A DNA stretch of 64,000 nt from the human T2T-CHM13v2.0 reference genome, Homo sapiens: assembly GCF_009914755.1 (NCBI RefSeq), contig NC_060925.1; one strand, 5' to 3'. A program made the translations under genes and the position numbers. The notes under the pieces are model-generated. The model had not been told where the DNA came from. It made no database searches and was given only the letters and a program-made list of their open reading frames with translations. Of this stretch, positions 14,261 to 34,883 are shown one piece after another (within the stretch, counting starts at the first letter, position 1; each line of letters opens with the position of its first letter).

Positions 14261-14377
14261 ATGTCTGGCCTGCAAAAGCCTTAAAAGTATACTGCAGAAG
14301 TTCTTCCTGTTGTGTGTATCATAAGAACATTAATATGACATAGCAAGAGATTTGAAGTGGAGTTGGGAAGGGGGAAT

Positions 14378-15029
14378 GCTTTAGTCTGAATGTTTATGTC
14401 CCTTCAGAATTCATTTGTTAAAACCTGACCCCCAATGTGATAGTATTAAGAGATGAGTCCAGCCAGATGGGGTGGCTCACACCTGTAATCCCAATGCTTT
14501 GGAAGGCCAAGGTGAGCGGATTGCTTGAGTCCAGGGGTTTGAGACCAGCCTAGGCAACATGATGAAACCTTGTCTCTAAAAAATACAAACATTAGCAGAG
14601 TGTGGTGGTGCATGCCTTTGGTCTCAGCTGCTAGGGAGGCTGAGGTGGAAGAATCACCTGAGCCCAGGCAGTAACAGCTGCAGAGAGCTGTGATTGCGTC
14701 ACTGCACTCCAGCCTGGGTGACAGGAGGGAGACCCTGTCTAAAAAAAAAAGAGTCCTTTGGGACATGACTAGGTCATGAGGGTGGAACTCCCATGAATGG
14801 GATTAGCATTCTTATAAAAGAGGCCCCAAAGAGCTGCCTCGGTCCTTACACCTTGTGAGGACATGGTGAGAAGGTACCATCAATGATAAATAGGCCCTTG
14901 CCTGACACCAAATCTCTGGCACCCTGATCTTGAACTTCCCAGTTTCCAGAAATGTGAGAAATAAGTGTCTGTTGTTTTTAAGTTACCCAGTTTGTGGTAC
15001 TTTGGTATACCCGCCTGAATGAACGAACA
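14378..15029 (+). mobile_element. MLT1A0-like MaLR LTR split by an AluJ
   Basis: tgctttagtctgaatgtttatgtccc...ggtcatgagggtgga...gggattag...cttataaaagaggcccca...gtgagaaataa. Confidence 0.85.
14461..14750 (+). mobile_element. AluJ
   Basis: Full Alu with J diagnostics (ttgcttgagtccagg, gagaccctgtct); TSD core gagtcc. Confidence 0.93.
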
Positions 15030-15128
15030 AAGGAGGAATAGATGACTTCTATAACATGATAAGCTTCCTAGCCTTCTATTTTTCAGCTATTTAATTAATA
15101 CTTATGCATATGCCTGTGCCACATCTAA

Positions 15129-15426
<298 letters not shown>

Positions 15427-15639
15427 GTACTTTACTTTTAGGTTGGCCATAAAACCTTACTAAATATCTCCCTTATTGCTTTTGTAGAGGTCTCCTTAAC
15501 CTTCACAGATATAATTTCCCTGTCCTTATTCCTTTTCAGTTTCTCCAAAAGGAATGAGTTCATTATGTGAAAAATATAGTAAGGCCTTGAACAAAGGGGA
15601 TGAATGAAAAACTAGAAAGAACAGTGAAATTCTAAAATA

Positions 15640-16100
15640 TTAAACTTAACAGATACTCATAGATTTTTAAGTTAGAAAAAAAGTAATACTGTATCAGTAA
15701 ATAACTCAGTAGAGGCAATGTACTGAGTTTTGGTAGGACATTTGAAACACTGCATTATAAAGCCCTCCAAGAAAATGTTTTCAAATTGATTTGGTTACAC
15801 AACCTGTCACTGAGACTGAAATAGCAAATAATAAAAAAATGGCAACACCCTGAATTGAGAGAAGATATTCAATGGGATGGCAAAAAGGCCAGGAGCAAGT
15901 CTTGTTTTATGTAGCATCTTAATTAATTATTTGAAAGGAGGAGTGAACATTTACAGATTATATTTGGAGATGGCACTGACTTTGATGATGCTACAAAAAT
16001 GATTAAGGAGGAAAATAAAATGCAACAGGGCTTGGAAAATTTGGAAATATTAGAAAGCAAAAGAAAAAAGTAGAAGTGAATCAAAAATAAATTTTAGAAA
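15640..16100 (+). mobile_element. Ancient CR1/L3-clade LINE reverse-transcriptase relic
   Basis: Degenerate translations in the correct order: VEAMY.SFGRTFETLH (~VDVIYLDFSKAFDTVPH), VLCSILINYLKGGV (~LFNIFINDLEEGV), FGDGTDF (~FADDTKL), MQQGLENLE (~IQxDLxxLE). Confidence 0.6.
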
Positions 16101-17182
16101 CGTTTGAAGAATAAAACTTTGAAAGCAATAATCCTAGGCATTTTTAACATCTATAGAAGCTAACATAGTTTTCTCAGTATAATAAATGTGATGAATACAG
16201 AGCTCAGCAGCTCTTGTTTGACACATTTGAAGACAAAATGGTTATAATTCCTCTTTGGATAAAATAGAATTCAGAAAAAAAGGTTAAAAATTTGCAACAC
16301 TTGCAACCTTAAACTGATATGTACTTACTAATGTAATAATAGAACTTGGCATGGATTGTAAGTACCATGTCAGGTAAAACAAACAGAGAAGTAATGAAAT
16401 TATCATGATCATCATGGTGGATGGGAGGCAGGACTCGATTGCAGCTCCAACACAGATGGACAGAGTAGCATGTGGAGGTTCACATCGTGAATGTTAGCTC
16501 GAAAATGACTACAAGAACAAACCAGGAATTCCGAGAGGACCCACAGACCCTCTGAAGGAAGCGGACTGCTCCTACAGGACCCAGAACATACACCAAACAC
16601 AGTGCTGGTATCCTCGGCTGAGAGACCCATAGATGGTTCACATCACAGGACTCTGTTCAGACAACCCCCAGTATCAGCCTGGAGCCAGGCAGACTCCCTG
16701 GATGGCTAGACACAGAAGAGAGATAACAATCACTGCAGCTCTGCTCACAGGAAGCCACATCCATAGAAAAAGGGGGAGAGTACTACATCAAGGAAACACC
16801 CCGTGAGACAAAAGAACCTGAACAACAGCCTTCAGCCCTAAACCTTCCCTCTGACAAGGCCTACCCAAACGAGAAGGAACCAGAAAACCAACCCTGGTAA
16901 TAAGATAAAACAAGGCTCTTCAACACCTCCAGAAAGTCATACTAGTTCACCAGCAATGGATCCAAATCAAGAAAAAATCCCTGATTTGCCTGAAAAAGAA
17001 TTCAGGAGGTTAGTTATTAAGCTAATCAGGGAGGGACCAGAGAAGGGCAAAGCCCAGTGCAAGGAAATCCAAAAAACGATACAAGAAGTGAAGGGAGAAA
17101 TATTCAAGGAAATAGATAGCATAAAGAAAAAACAATCAAAACTTCAGGAAACACTGGACACACTTATAGAAAAGCAATATGC

Positions 17183-17280
17183 AGCAAACCACCATGGCAC
17201 GTGTATATCTATGTAACAAACCTGCACATTCTGCACGTTGTGTCCCAGAACTTAAAGTATAATAAAAAAAAAAAAAAAAA
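17183..17280 (+). mobile_element. ~100-bp 5'-truncated L1PA 3' tip nested in the L1PB ORF1
   Basis: gcagcaaaccaccatggcacg...cagaacttaaagtataat + polyA; 15-bp TSD agaaaagcaatatgc (17168-17182) / agaaatgcaatatgc (17281-17295). Confidence 0.92.
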
Positions 17281-18415
17281 AGAAATGCAATATGCTCTGG
17301 AAAGTCTCAGCAATAGAATTGAACAAGTAGAAGACAGAAATTCAGAGCCCAAAGTCAAGGTCTTTGAATTAATCCAACAAAGACAAAGAAAAAAGAATAG
17401 GAAAATACGAACAAAGCCTCCAAGAAGTCTGAGATTATGTTAAATGACCAAACCCAATAATCAGTGTTCCTGAGGAAGAAGAGAAATCTAAAGGTATGGA
17501 AAACATATTTGGGGGAGTAATTGAGGAAGACTTCCCCAGCCTTGCTAGAGACCTAGACATCCAAATACGAGAAGCACAAAGAACACCTGGGAAGTTCATC
17601 GCAAAAAGATTGGCACATTGTCATCAGGTTATCCAACATTAAGATGAAGGGAAGAAACTTAAGAGCTGTGAGACAGAAGCGCCAGGTAACCTGTAAAGGA
17701 AAACCTGTCAGATTAACAGTAGACTTCTCAGCAGAAACCCTACAAGCTAGAAGGAATTGAGACCCTATCTTCAGCTTCCTCAAACAAAACAATTATTAGC
17801 CAAGAATTTTGTATCCAGTGAAGCTAAGAATCGTATACAAAGGAAAGATACAGTTGTTTTCAGACAAACAAATGCTGAGGGAATTCACCAATACCAAACC
17901 ACTGCTACAAGAACTGCTAAAAGGAGCTCTAAATCTTGAAACAAATCCTGGAAACACATCATAACAGAACCTCTTTGAAGCATAAATCACACAGGACCTA
18001 CCTATAAAACAAAAATACAAGTTAAAAAGCAAAAACAAAAAAACAAAAAAAACAAAGCACACAGGCAACAAAGAGCATGATGGAATGCAACACTACCTCA
18101 CATCTCAATATTAACATTGAATGTAAATAGCCTAAATGCTCCACTTAAAAGATACAGAACCACAGAATGGATAAGAACTCACCAACCAACTATCCACTGC
18201 CTTCAGGAGACTCACCTAACACATAAGGACTCACGTAAACTGAAAGTAAAGTGGTAGAAAAAGGTATTTCATGCAAATGGACACCAAAAGTGAGCAGACA
18301 TAGCTATTCTCCAAAGTTCTGAGACAAAAGTAACTTTCTATCTAGATTTCTTATACCTAGTTAAATAAGAATTCAAGAACAAGAGCAAAGTTAAGATATT
18401 TTCAGATTAAGATAT

Positions 18416-18554
18416 TTGTATATATGTATATATATACTTATATATGTATATACGTATATATCTATATATGTATATATGTATATATATGATATAGGATATA
18501 TATGATATATATACACATATAGATATAGATATATATATATCTCATATATATATG
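18416..18554. repeat. (TA)n-rich microsatellite within L1PB
   Basis: Degenerate TA/TATG/GATA run. Confidence 0.9.
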
Positions 18555-18912
18555 ATGGAATACTACCCAGCCATACAAAGGAATGAATAACGGCATTTGC
18601 AGTGACTTGGATGAGATTGGAGACTATTATTCTAAGTGAAGTAACTCAGGAATGGAAAACCAAACATTGTATGTTCTCACGGCTATGTGGGAGCTCAGCT
18701 ATGAACATGAAAAGAATGATACAATGGACTTTGGGGACTTGCGGGGAAAGGTGGGAGGGGGGTGAGGGATAAAAGACTACAAATATGGTGCAGTTTATAC
18801 TGATCAGGTGATGCGTGCACCAAAACCTCACAAATCACCACTAAAGAACTTACTCATGTAACCAAATACCACCTGTACCCCAGTAACTTATGGGAATAAA
18901 AGTAATGAAAGT

Positions 18913-18998
18913 AAATCTTAAACAACAACAAAAAACCCTTTATGGTGAAATTCCCAAATATTAAACAACAACAAAAAACCCTTTATGGTGAAATTCCC
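18913..18998. repeat. 43-bp tandem duplication (2 copies, 1 mismatch)
   Basis: aaat[c/a]ttaaacaacaacaaaaaaccctttatggtgaaattccc twice. Confidence 0.97.
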
Positions 18999-19014
18999 CT
19001 AGCACTGGAGTTAT

Positions 19015-19297
19015 CAAGAAAGAGAAGTTGGTTAAGGGTACAAAGATATGGTTAGACAGAAGAAATAATTTCTAGTATTCAATAATACAGTAGGAAAATT
19101 ACAGTTTACAATAACTTATAGATTTCAGAATACCCAAAAGAACTGTAATGTCCCCAACACACAAAAGAAAAGATAAATGTTTGAGATGATGGATGTAAAA
19201 ATACTATAATTTGACCACTACATGCTGTATACATGTATAAAAATATCAGATGAACCTCAAAAATATGTACAACTATGATATATCAATTTAAAAATTG
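19015..19297 (+). mobile_element. L1MA 3'UTR fragment
   Basis: gttggttaagggtacaaa...cccaacacacaaaagaaaagataaatgtttgag...aaatatgtacaactatgat. Confidence 0.8.
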
Positions 19298-19307
19298 AAA
19301 GCACATT

Positions 19308-20113
19308 TTATTATAAAATAGGCTTTGTGCTAGATTACTATTTTGCCCAACTATGGTTAATGTAAGTGTTCAGAGCATGTTTAAGGTATATTAGGCTAAG
19401 TTATGATGTCTGATAGGTTGGTGTATTATGTGTTAAATACATTTTTAACATACAACATTTTCTCCCTCCTCCCACCCCCCACCAGGCCCCAGTATGTGTT
19501 GTTTCCTCCAAGTGTCCATGTGTTCTCATCATTCAGCTCCCACTTACAAATGAGAACATATGGTATTCAGTTTTCTGTTCCTGCATTAGTTTGCTGAGGA
19601 AAATTGCTTCCAGCTCCATCCATTTCCTGCAAAGGACATTAATCTCATTCCTTTTTATGGCTGTATAGTATTCCATGGCATATATGTACCACATTTTCTT
19701 TATCCAGTCTATTATTGAAGGGCTTTTAGGCTGATTGCATATCTTTGCTATTGTGAATAGTGCTGCAGTGAACATACACATGCATGTATCTTTATAACGA
19801 GCGATTTATATTCCTTTGAGTATATACTCAGCAATGGGATTGCTGGGTCAAATGGTATGTCTGCCTCTAGGTCTTTGAGGGATAATCACATTGTCTTCCA
19901 CAATAACTAATGGATGATGGGCTTAATACCTAGGTGATAGGATGATCTGTGCAGCAAATCACCATGGTACACATTTACCTATGTAACAAACCTGCACATG
20001 TTGCACATGTACACCTGAACTTAAAAGTTGGAAATAAAAAAGACATACAATATTTTCAACTTACAGTGGGTTTATTAGGGTGTAACTGCAGTGAAAGTCA
20101 AAGGGCAACTATA
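19308..20113 (+). mobile_element. Tigger3 3' part, split by a twin-primed L1
   Basis: ataaaataggctttgtg...ttttgcccaact...gtaagtgttc...aggctaag; resumes at 20058 aacttacagtgggtttatt. Confidence 0.82.
19463..20042. mobile_element. 5'-inverted (twin-primed) older L1PA insertion
   Basis: Antisense segment 19463-~19904 plus sense 3' tip with A-tail; TSD acatacaacattttc (19448-19462) / acatacaatattttc (20043-20057). Confidence 0.9.
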
Positions 20114-20219
20114 CAGTCACATTCTGAAGTACTGGATGTTAAGACTTCAACACATGAATGCAGGGAGAGGCAGAAACACAATTCAGCCTATAACAATGAT
20201 TACACAGCTAAAGGACAAA

Positions 20220-21000
20220 AGAACAAGACACCATAGAAGAAGAAATAGCAATGTAAAAAAGAACTAAATACACTCACGGAAATGAAAATACAGTCAATGA
20301 AATTTTAAAAACTGAAATGGAATAGCCATTTAGATACAAAGGAAAAGAAAATTGATGAATTAGAAGACAAACTTGGAAAAATTACCTGGAATGCAGCTAG
20401 AGATATTTAGAGGAAGAACAGATAAAAAATGAGATTGAGACATCAATGACTGAAGAAGAAATTCTACTATATGTATCAGTTAAGTTTCAGGTAGAGTGAA
20501 TTAAGATAATACAAAGAAATAACAGTTGAAGACATACTGGCTCGGAATTTTTCAAAAATCGATGAACAACAGAAATACTAAGAGTGATGAAGTTCAATAG
20601 GAACAGAGAAAGAAAAATGAAAAAAAATGAACAACTCACAACAGAAATATTGAAGTGAAATGAAACAAAGCAATCATGAAGAAAAACAATCTTAAAATAA
20701 CCAGCAGAAAAAGACAGATTACCTGCAAAGAAAGAAAAATTCACCTTTTACCTACTAGATTTCCCAAAAGCAATAATGGAAGCCACTTTAAAAAAAAAAA
20801 AAGTCTATCTCCAAAGTTCTGAGACAAAAGTAACTTTCTATCTAGATTTCTTATACCTAGTTAAATAAGAATTCAAGAGCAAGAACAAAGTTAAGGTATT
20901 TTCAGACTAAGATAGCATTTCTCACACGCAGACTATTAAAAACTATTAAAAGCTGTACATTAGAAGGAAAATTAATTACTAGAGTATAAAGAAACAAAAT
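20220..21000 (+). mobile_element. Ancient L1M ORF1 relic
   Basis: Degenerate ORF1 coiled-coil and C-terminal coding motifs (gaattagaagacaaa; ctagatttcttataccta..ttttcagac). Confidence 0.65.
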
Positions 21001-21029
21001 TAGCAAAGAAATGACTAACTCAAAACGGA

Positions 21030-22155
21030 CTAAAGACTCAAATGTAAGATGTGTAACTATGAAACTACTAGAATAAAACACTGAGAAAATGCTATAAGAC
21101 GTTGGTCTGAGCAAAGATTTTCAGGGTAAGACCTCAAAAGCATAGGCAACAAAAGCAAAAGTAGACAAATGGGATTTATTTCAAGCTAAAAAGCTTCTGC
21201 AGAGCAAAGGAAACAATCAGCAACAAAGGGAAAAGACAACCCACAGAATGGGAGAAAATATTTGTAAACTATGCATCCAAGAAGGAACTAGTAACCAGAA
21301 CGTATTAGAAACTCCTACAATTCAGTAGCAAAAAAGCAAATAATCTGATTTTAAAATGGGCAAAAGATCTGAGTAGACATTTTTCAAAAGAAGACATACA
21401 AATGCCCAACAAGTGTATGAAAAAATCCTCAATATCATTAATAATAGTGGAAAGGAAAATAAAAATTACATTGAGATATCATCTCACCCAAGTTAAAATA
21501 GCTGCTATCAAAAAGACAAAAAATAACAAATACTGGTGAGGATGTAGAGGAAAGGGAATGCTATTGATGAGAATGTTAAGCAGGACAGCCATTATGGAAA
21601 ACAGTATGGAGGTTCCTCAAAAAACTAAAAATAGAACTATCATATAATCCAGCAATCCCACTGCCATGTATATATATACACAAGAAAGGAAATTAGTATA
21701 CTGCAGAGATATATATGCACTCCCATGTTTATTGCAGCACTATTCACAAAAGCCAATATATGGAATCAACCTGTGTCCATCAGTGGATAAGTAGATAAAG
21801 AAAATGTGGTATATATACACAATAGAATATTATTTAGCTATACAAAAGAATGGAATCTTGTCATTTGCAGCAACATGGATGGCAATGGAGGTCATTATGT
21901 TAAGTAAAATAATCCAGACACAAAGACAAATATCACGTGCTCTCACTCTTATGTGGGAGTTAAAAAGTGGATCTCATGAAGATAGAGAGCAGTATGGTGC
22001 TTACCAGAGGCTGGGAAGGGAACAGGGGAGACGAAGAGAAATTGGTTAATAAATAGAAAAATACAGTTAGATAGAAGGAATAAGTTCTGATATTTGATAG
22101 TAGAGTAGAAAAATTATAGTTAACAATAATTCATTGCTAATTCAATAGCTAGAAA
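21030..22155 (+). mobile_element. L1MA ORF2 3' end plus partial 3'UTR
   Basis: gaaactactagaataaaac...gggagaaaatatttgtaaactatgcatcc...cagttagatagaaggaataagttct; cut off by the L1PA at ~22156. Confidence 0.88.
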
Positions 22156-30815
<8,660 letters not shown>

Positions 30816-31489
30816 AAATAACTAGGATAACAGAAAAAAAAGAAATAGCATTGTTATCTGTTCTGTATATAATAAAGTTTCAGTCAGAGTTTTCTTTTAA
30901 AAACGGCTTCTGCTGCTTTGAAGATTTAAAGATCAGTCTATTATACAAAGGTGCCATTTGGCAAATAGAACAGTACCCTACCATGAAAAAAAATCAACAC
31001 TTATTGAATAAACAGACTACCTTGTAATTTTCAGATGTAAAAAAACTGAGGTAAAAATGCATTTTATTTGGTTCCATTATTCTCCAAAGCAAAGTCTTAA
31101 CAGAAGTAGTATATTCTCAAAGGCCATTTTATCTATAGCATCCTGAAGAGAAAGAGGTAAGAATTTAATTAAAATGAGGATGAATTTATAAAATTGGATC
31201 ACCTTAGCCAATATAGCTTTGCATCTTTCATTGTCCACTGCTATTATTTTTCATAGTCAGATATAAAGAAGCTGCTGTAATCACCTTTGGTGATGCATTC
31301 GAGAACAAGGCAGTCAATCCTACCAATGTCCAGAAAATTATTTAGAAATATCTTCTTCCTAAATAAAATATGGTATACTGTATTTTCTGTATAATGAATA
31401 ACACAAAATCGACTTATTTCTCAAAGCTCAATCACGGCAGACAAGTCTCATTTTCTTTACCTGTCAAACATATATGATAGTTCCTCTAC

Positions 31490-33945
31490 AGTCAATCTCT
31501 TCAATTGTACCCAAATTTCATCCCGCCACTTCTCTCAAGGACATCAGACATCACTCGTACAATTCTTCATATCCTATACTATGACAGTAATTCCTCCTCT
31601 GTACTGGATCTTTCTCATCAGGACATAAACATCCTTTTATATTTGTGCTATATTTTTTAAAGACTTTTCTCTAATCTTCACTTCATCCACTCACTGTCTA
31701 GCTGTCACTTCACATTTCTTTTTCCCCTTTATAGCAAAACTCCTTGAAAGGGCTGTCTGTATATGCTGTCTTGAAGGGGCTGTTTGTACCTGCTGTGAAC
31801 AGCCATCACTCTTATCAAAGTCGCCATATACCTCCACATCTCAAAATCCCAGTGGTCCATTCTCAGTCATTTCCTGGATTTAGCAACATCATTTGATACA
31901 GCTGATCATCCCTTCTTTCTACACTTGGTTTCCAGGACACTACAGTTACCTGGATTTCTCCTGTCTCAATGCTTGTTACTCTTCAGTGTGCTTTGCTAGT
32001 TCTTCCTTCCTCTCCTTCCTTACTATGTACTGTCAGAGTGCCACAGAAATCTCGACTTTGTCTTCTTTTCTCTATAATCACTCTATTGGAGATCTCGTTC
32101 AGTCATGGCTCTCATAACAGTCAGAATGGCTATTAATAAAAAGTCAAAAAAAAAAGCAGATGCTGGCAAAGTTGCAGGGATATGAGAATGTTTATGCACC
32201 CTTATCGGGAATGTAAATTAGTTCAGCCCCTGTGAAAAGCAGCTTGGAGATTTCTCAAAGAACTTAAAACAGGGCTACCATTCAATCCAGTAATCCCACT
32301 ACTGGTTATACATCGAAAGGAAAATAAATTTCAACTAAAAAGATACATGCACTTGCATGTTCAATACAATACTATTCACAATAGCATATACATGGAATCA
32401 ACCTAGGTACTCATCAATGGATTGGATAAAGAAAATGTGGTACACCATGGAATACTATGCAGCCATAAAAAAGAATGCAATCATTCCTTTGTAGCAACAT
32501 GGATGCAGCTGGAGGCCATTATCCTGAGCAAATCCACACGGGAACAGAAAACCAAATACTGCATGTTCTCTCTTACAAATGAGAACTAAACATTAAATAC
32601 ACATGGACATAAAGATGGGAACAACAGACACTGGGGACTACTACAGGAGGGAGAGAAGGATGGGAATACGGATTGAAAAACTACCTACTGGGTGCTATGC
32701 TCACTACCTGAGTAAGGGGATCTATACCCCAAACCTCAGCATCACACAATATGCCCATTTAACAAACCTGCACACGTACCCCCTGGATCTAAAATAAAAG
32801 TTGAGAATATAAATAATAATGCAAATAATAAAAAGATTAAAAATAAAAAAACTAAACACCAATAACTCCCAAATTCATCTCTCCAGCCCTGACCTCCCAA
32901 ACACAAGACTTAGTTATCCTACTATCTATCTGAAATTTCCATTTGCTTGTTCAATAAACATTTCAACACATCACTCAAGAAACCTACCCCACCTACTATT
33001 TTCTTCATTTGCCATGATGGCAACTCCACTGTTTTCATTTGCTTGCACTAAAAATCTTAGCATCATCTTTGACTTCTCTGTTTCTCTCATATTCTATATC
33101 CAATTCTCAGGAAATCATATTGTGTTTCCTTCAAAATATATCCAAAATTCAACCCATTCTTACCACTTCTGGTACTTTTTACCTGACCCAAATTACCATC
33201 ATCTGTCTCCTGAATTACTGCAATAGACTCCTGACAGGTCTCTTTGACTGTATCCAATGCCACTTCCTCTCCTGACCTGCAACAGACTAGTCTCGGTAGA
33301 AGAGCCAGAATGATTATATTTAAAGATATATTAGGTTATGTCATTCCTATGCTACCAGGCCCTATGTGTTGTGGCCCCATGACCCCTTTGACTTCCCCTC
33401 CTACCTCCTTTTATTCACTCAGTTTCAGCCACTGTGGTTTAATGATCATTTCCATTGTTCTTTCATCAAGAATTATGTTGTTAAGCCTATTGCAAGTAGA
33501 GCCTATTTTGTTACTGAATATTTATTGAGCACCTATTTTGAGTCAGGAACTATTTTTGAGGTAGTTCTTGCTGTTCCTCTGAAGGCCAGACATGCTCCTC
33601 TCTTATAGCCTTTGCATTGGCTGTTTCCTCCTCCTGAAATGCTCTTCCTAGGCTATCACCAATTTCGTCTTTGTCCAAATGTCACTACCTTACTTAAACC
33701 TTCTCTTACCTACTCTATTAAAAATTGCAATCAGTAACCCCTCCCTGCCATCCTTCTTATCTAATTTATATAAATACTTTTTTCTTCAGTACTTACCATC
33801 TTCTAACATAAACTATAAATACTGAGACTCAATTGTTGTGCTTATGTATTGTCTCTTTATTCTCATTACTGTGTAGGCTCCACAGGGATCATTTTCATCT
33901 TGTTTGTTCAATACTGCATGGTAAGCACCTAAGACACTGTCTGAT
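31490..33945 (+). mobile_element. L2 (L2a-like) long fragment, interrupted by an L1 and by a templated inverted insertion
   Basis: Pyrimidine-rich L2 body (tttatagcaaaactccttgaaag, tcagcagc-like tttagcaacatcatttgatacagctgatca, gcctttgcattggctgtt); tail resumes after the Alus at ~34523. Confidence 0.8.
32111..32850 (+). mobile_element. 5'-truncated L1PA15-17-like 3' end
   Basis: cagtcagaatggctatt...gggtgctatgctcactacctg...ccccaaacctcagcatcac...A-rich tail. Confidence 0.88.
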
Positions 33946-33946
33946 A

Positions 33947-34522
33947 GGCTGGGTGTGATGGCTCACACCTATAATCCCAGTGCACTGAGAGGCCAACATG
34001 GAAGGATCACTTGAGGCCAGGAGGTTGAGACCAGCCTAGGCATCATAAGGAGACCACATTTCAAAAGGCCGGGTGTGGTGGCTCACACCTATAATTCCCA
34101 GCACCTTGGGAGGCTGAGGCAGGAGGATCATTTGAGGTCGGGAGTTCGAGACCACCCCAGCCAACATGGTGAAACCCTGTTTCTACTAAAAAATACAAAA
34201 ATTACCTGGGCAGTAGTGGCACATAGCTGTAATCTTAGCTACTCAGGAGGCTAAGGCAGGGGAATTGCTTGAGCCTGGGAGGCGGAGGTTGCAGTGAGCC
34301 AAGATACACCACTACACTCCAGTCTGGGCAACAGAGGGAGACCCTGTGTCAAAAATTAAAAAAAAAAAATTAGCCAGGCTTGCTAGAATGTACTCATAGT
34401 GCTGGCTACTCTGGAGACTGGGCAGGAGAATTGCTTGAGCCCAGGAGTTCAAGGTTGCAGTGAGCCATGATCATTCCACTGCACTCCAGCCAGGCTAACA
34501 GAGCGAGACTCTATCTCAAAAA
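33947..34522 (+). mobile_element. AluJ with an AluS (34067-34370) nested in its A-rich linker
   Basis: AluJ left arm to ~34062, complete AluS, then AluJ right arm to 34522. Confidence 0.92.
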
Positions 34523-34654
34523 TAGTTCCTGACTCAAAATAGGTGCTCAATAAATATTCAGTAACAAAATAGGCTCTACTTGCAATAGGCTTAACAACAT
34601 AATGCTTGATGAATTGAAAGAACAATGGAAATGATCATTAAACCACAGTAAGCA

Positions 34655-34883
34655 AAGTGGTTCTCAACCAAGAACGATTTTGCCACTCCACTCCTCCCTC
34701 TGCCCCTTGTATGGAACATTTGAAAGTGTCTGAGGCTTTTTTGATTGTCACTCCTCAGAGGCTGCTGCCTAGTGAACGTAGGTCAGGGATACTGCTAAAC
34801 ATCCACAATGCACAGAACAGCCCCCACACAACCAAGAATCACTTGGTTCAAAATGTCAATAGTACTGAAGTTGAGAAACCCTG
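34655..34883 (+). mobile_element. MER20 (hAT-Charlie)
   Basis: agtggttctcaacc...gatactgctaaacatcc.caatgcacagaacagccccc...aaaatgtcaatagt...gttgagaaaccctg. Confidence 0.88.

Larger units (their letters stand above)
16400..18899 (+). mobile_element. L1PB1-like element with both ends present, shortened 5'UTR, decayed ORF1 and most of ORF2 deleted
   Basis: L1PB 5' end (catggtggatgggaggcaggact); ORF1 MDPNQEKIPDLPEKEFRRLVIKL; L1PB 3'UTR (caccactaaagaacttactcatgtaacc); TSD aagtaatgaaa at 16389-16399 and 18900-18910. Confidence 0.9.

Noticed and set aside
31139-31156. + strand micro-exon CATCCTGAAGAGAAAGAG|gtaaga; also + candidates at ~41554-41613 and the donor at 3168
   Set aside because: Isolated splice-like sites with no recognisable peptide or consistent chain; expected by chance.
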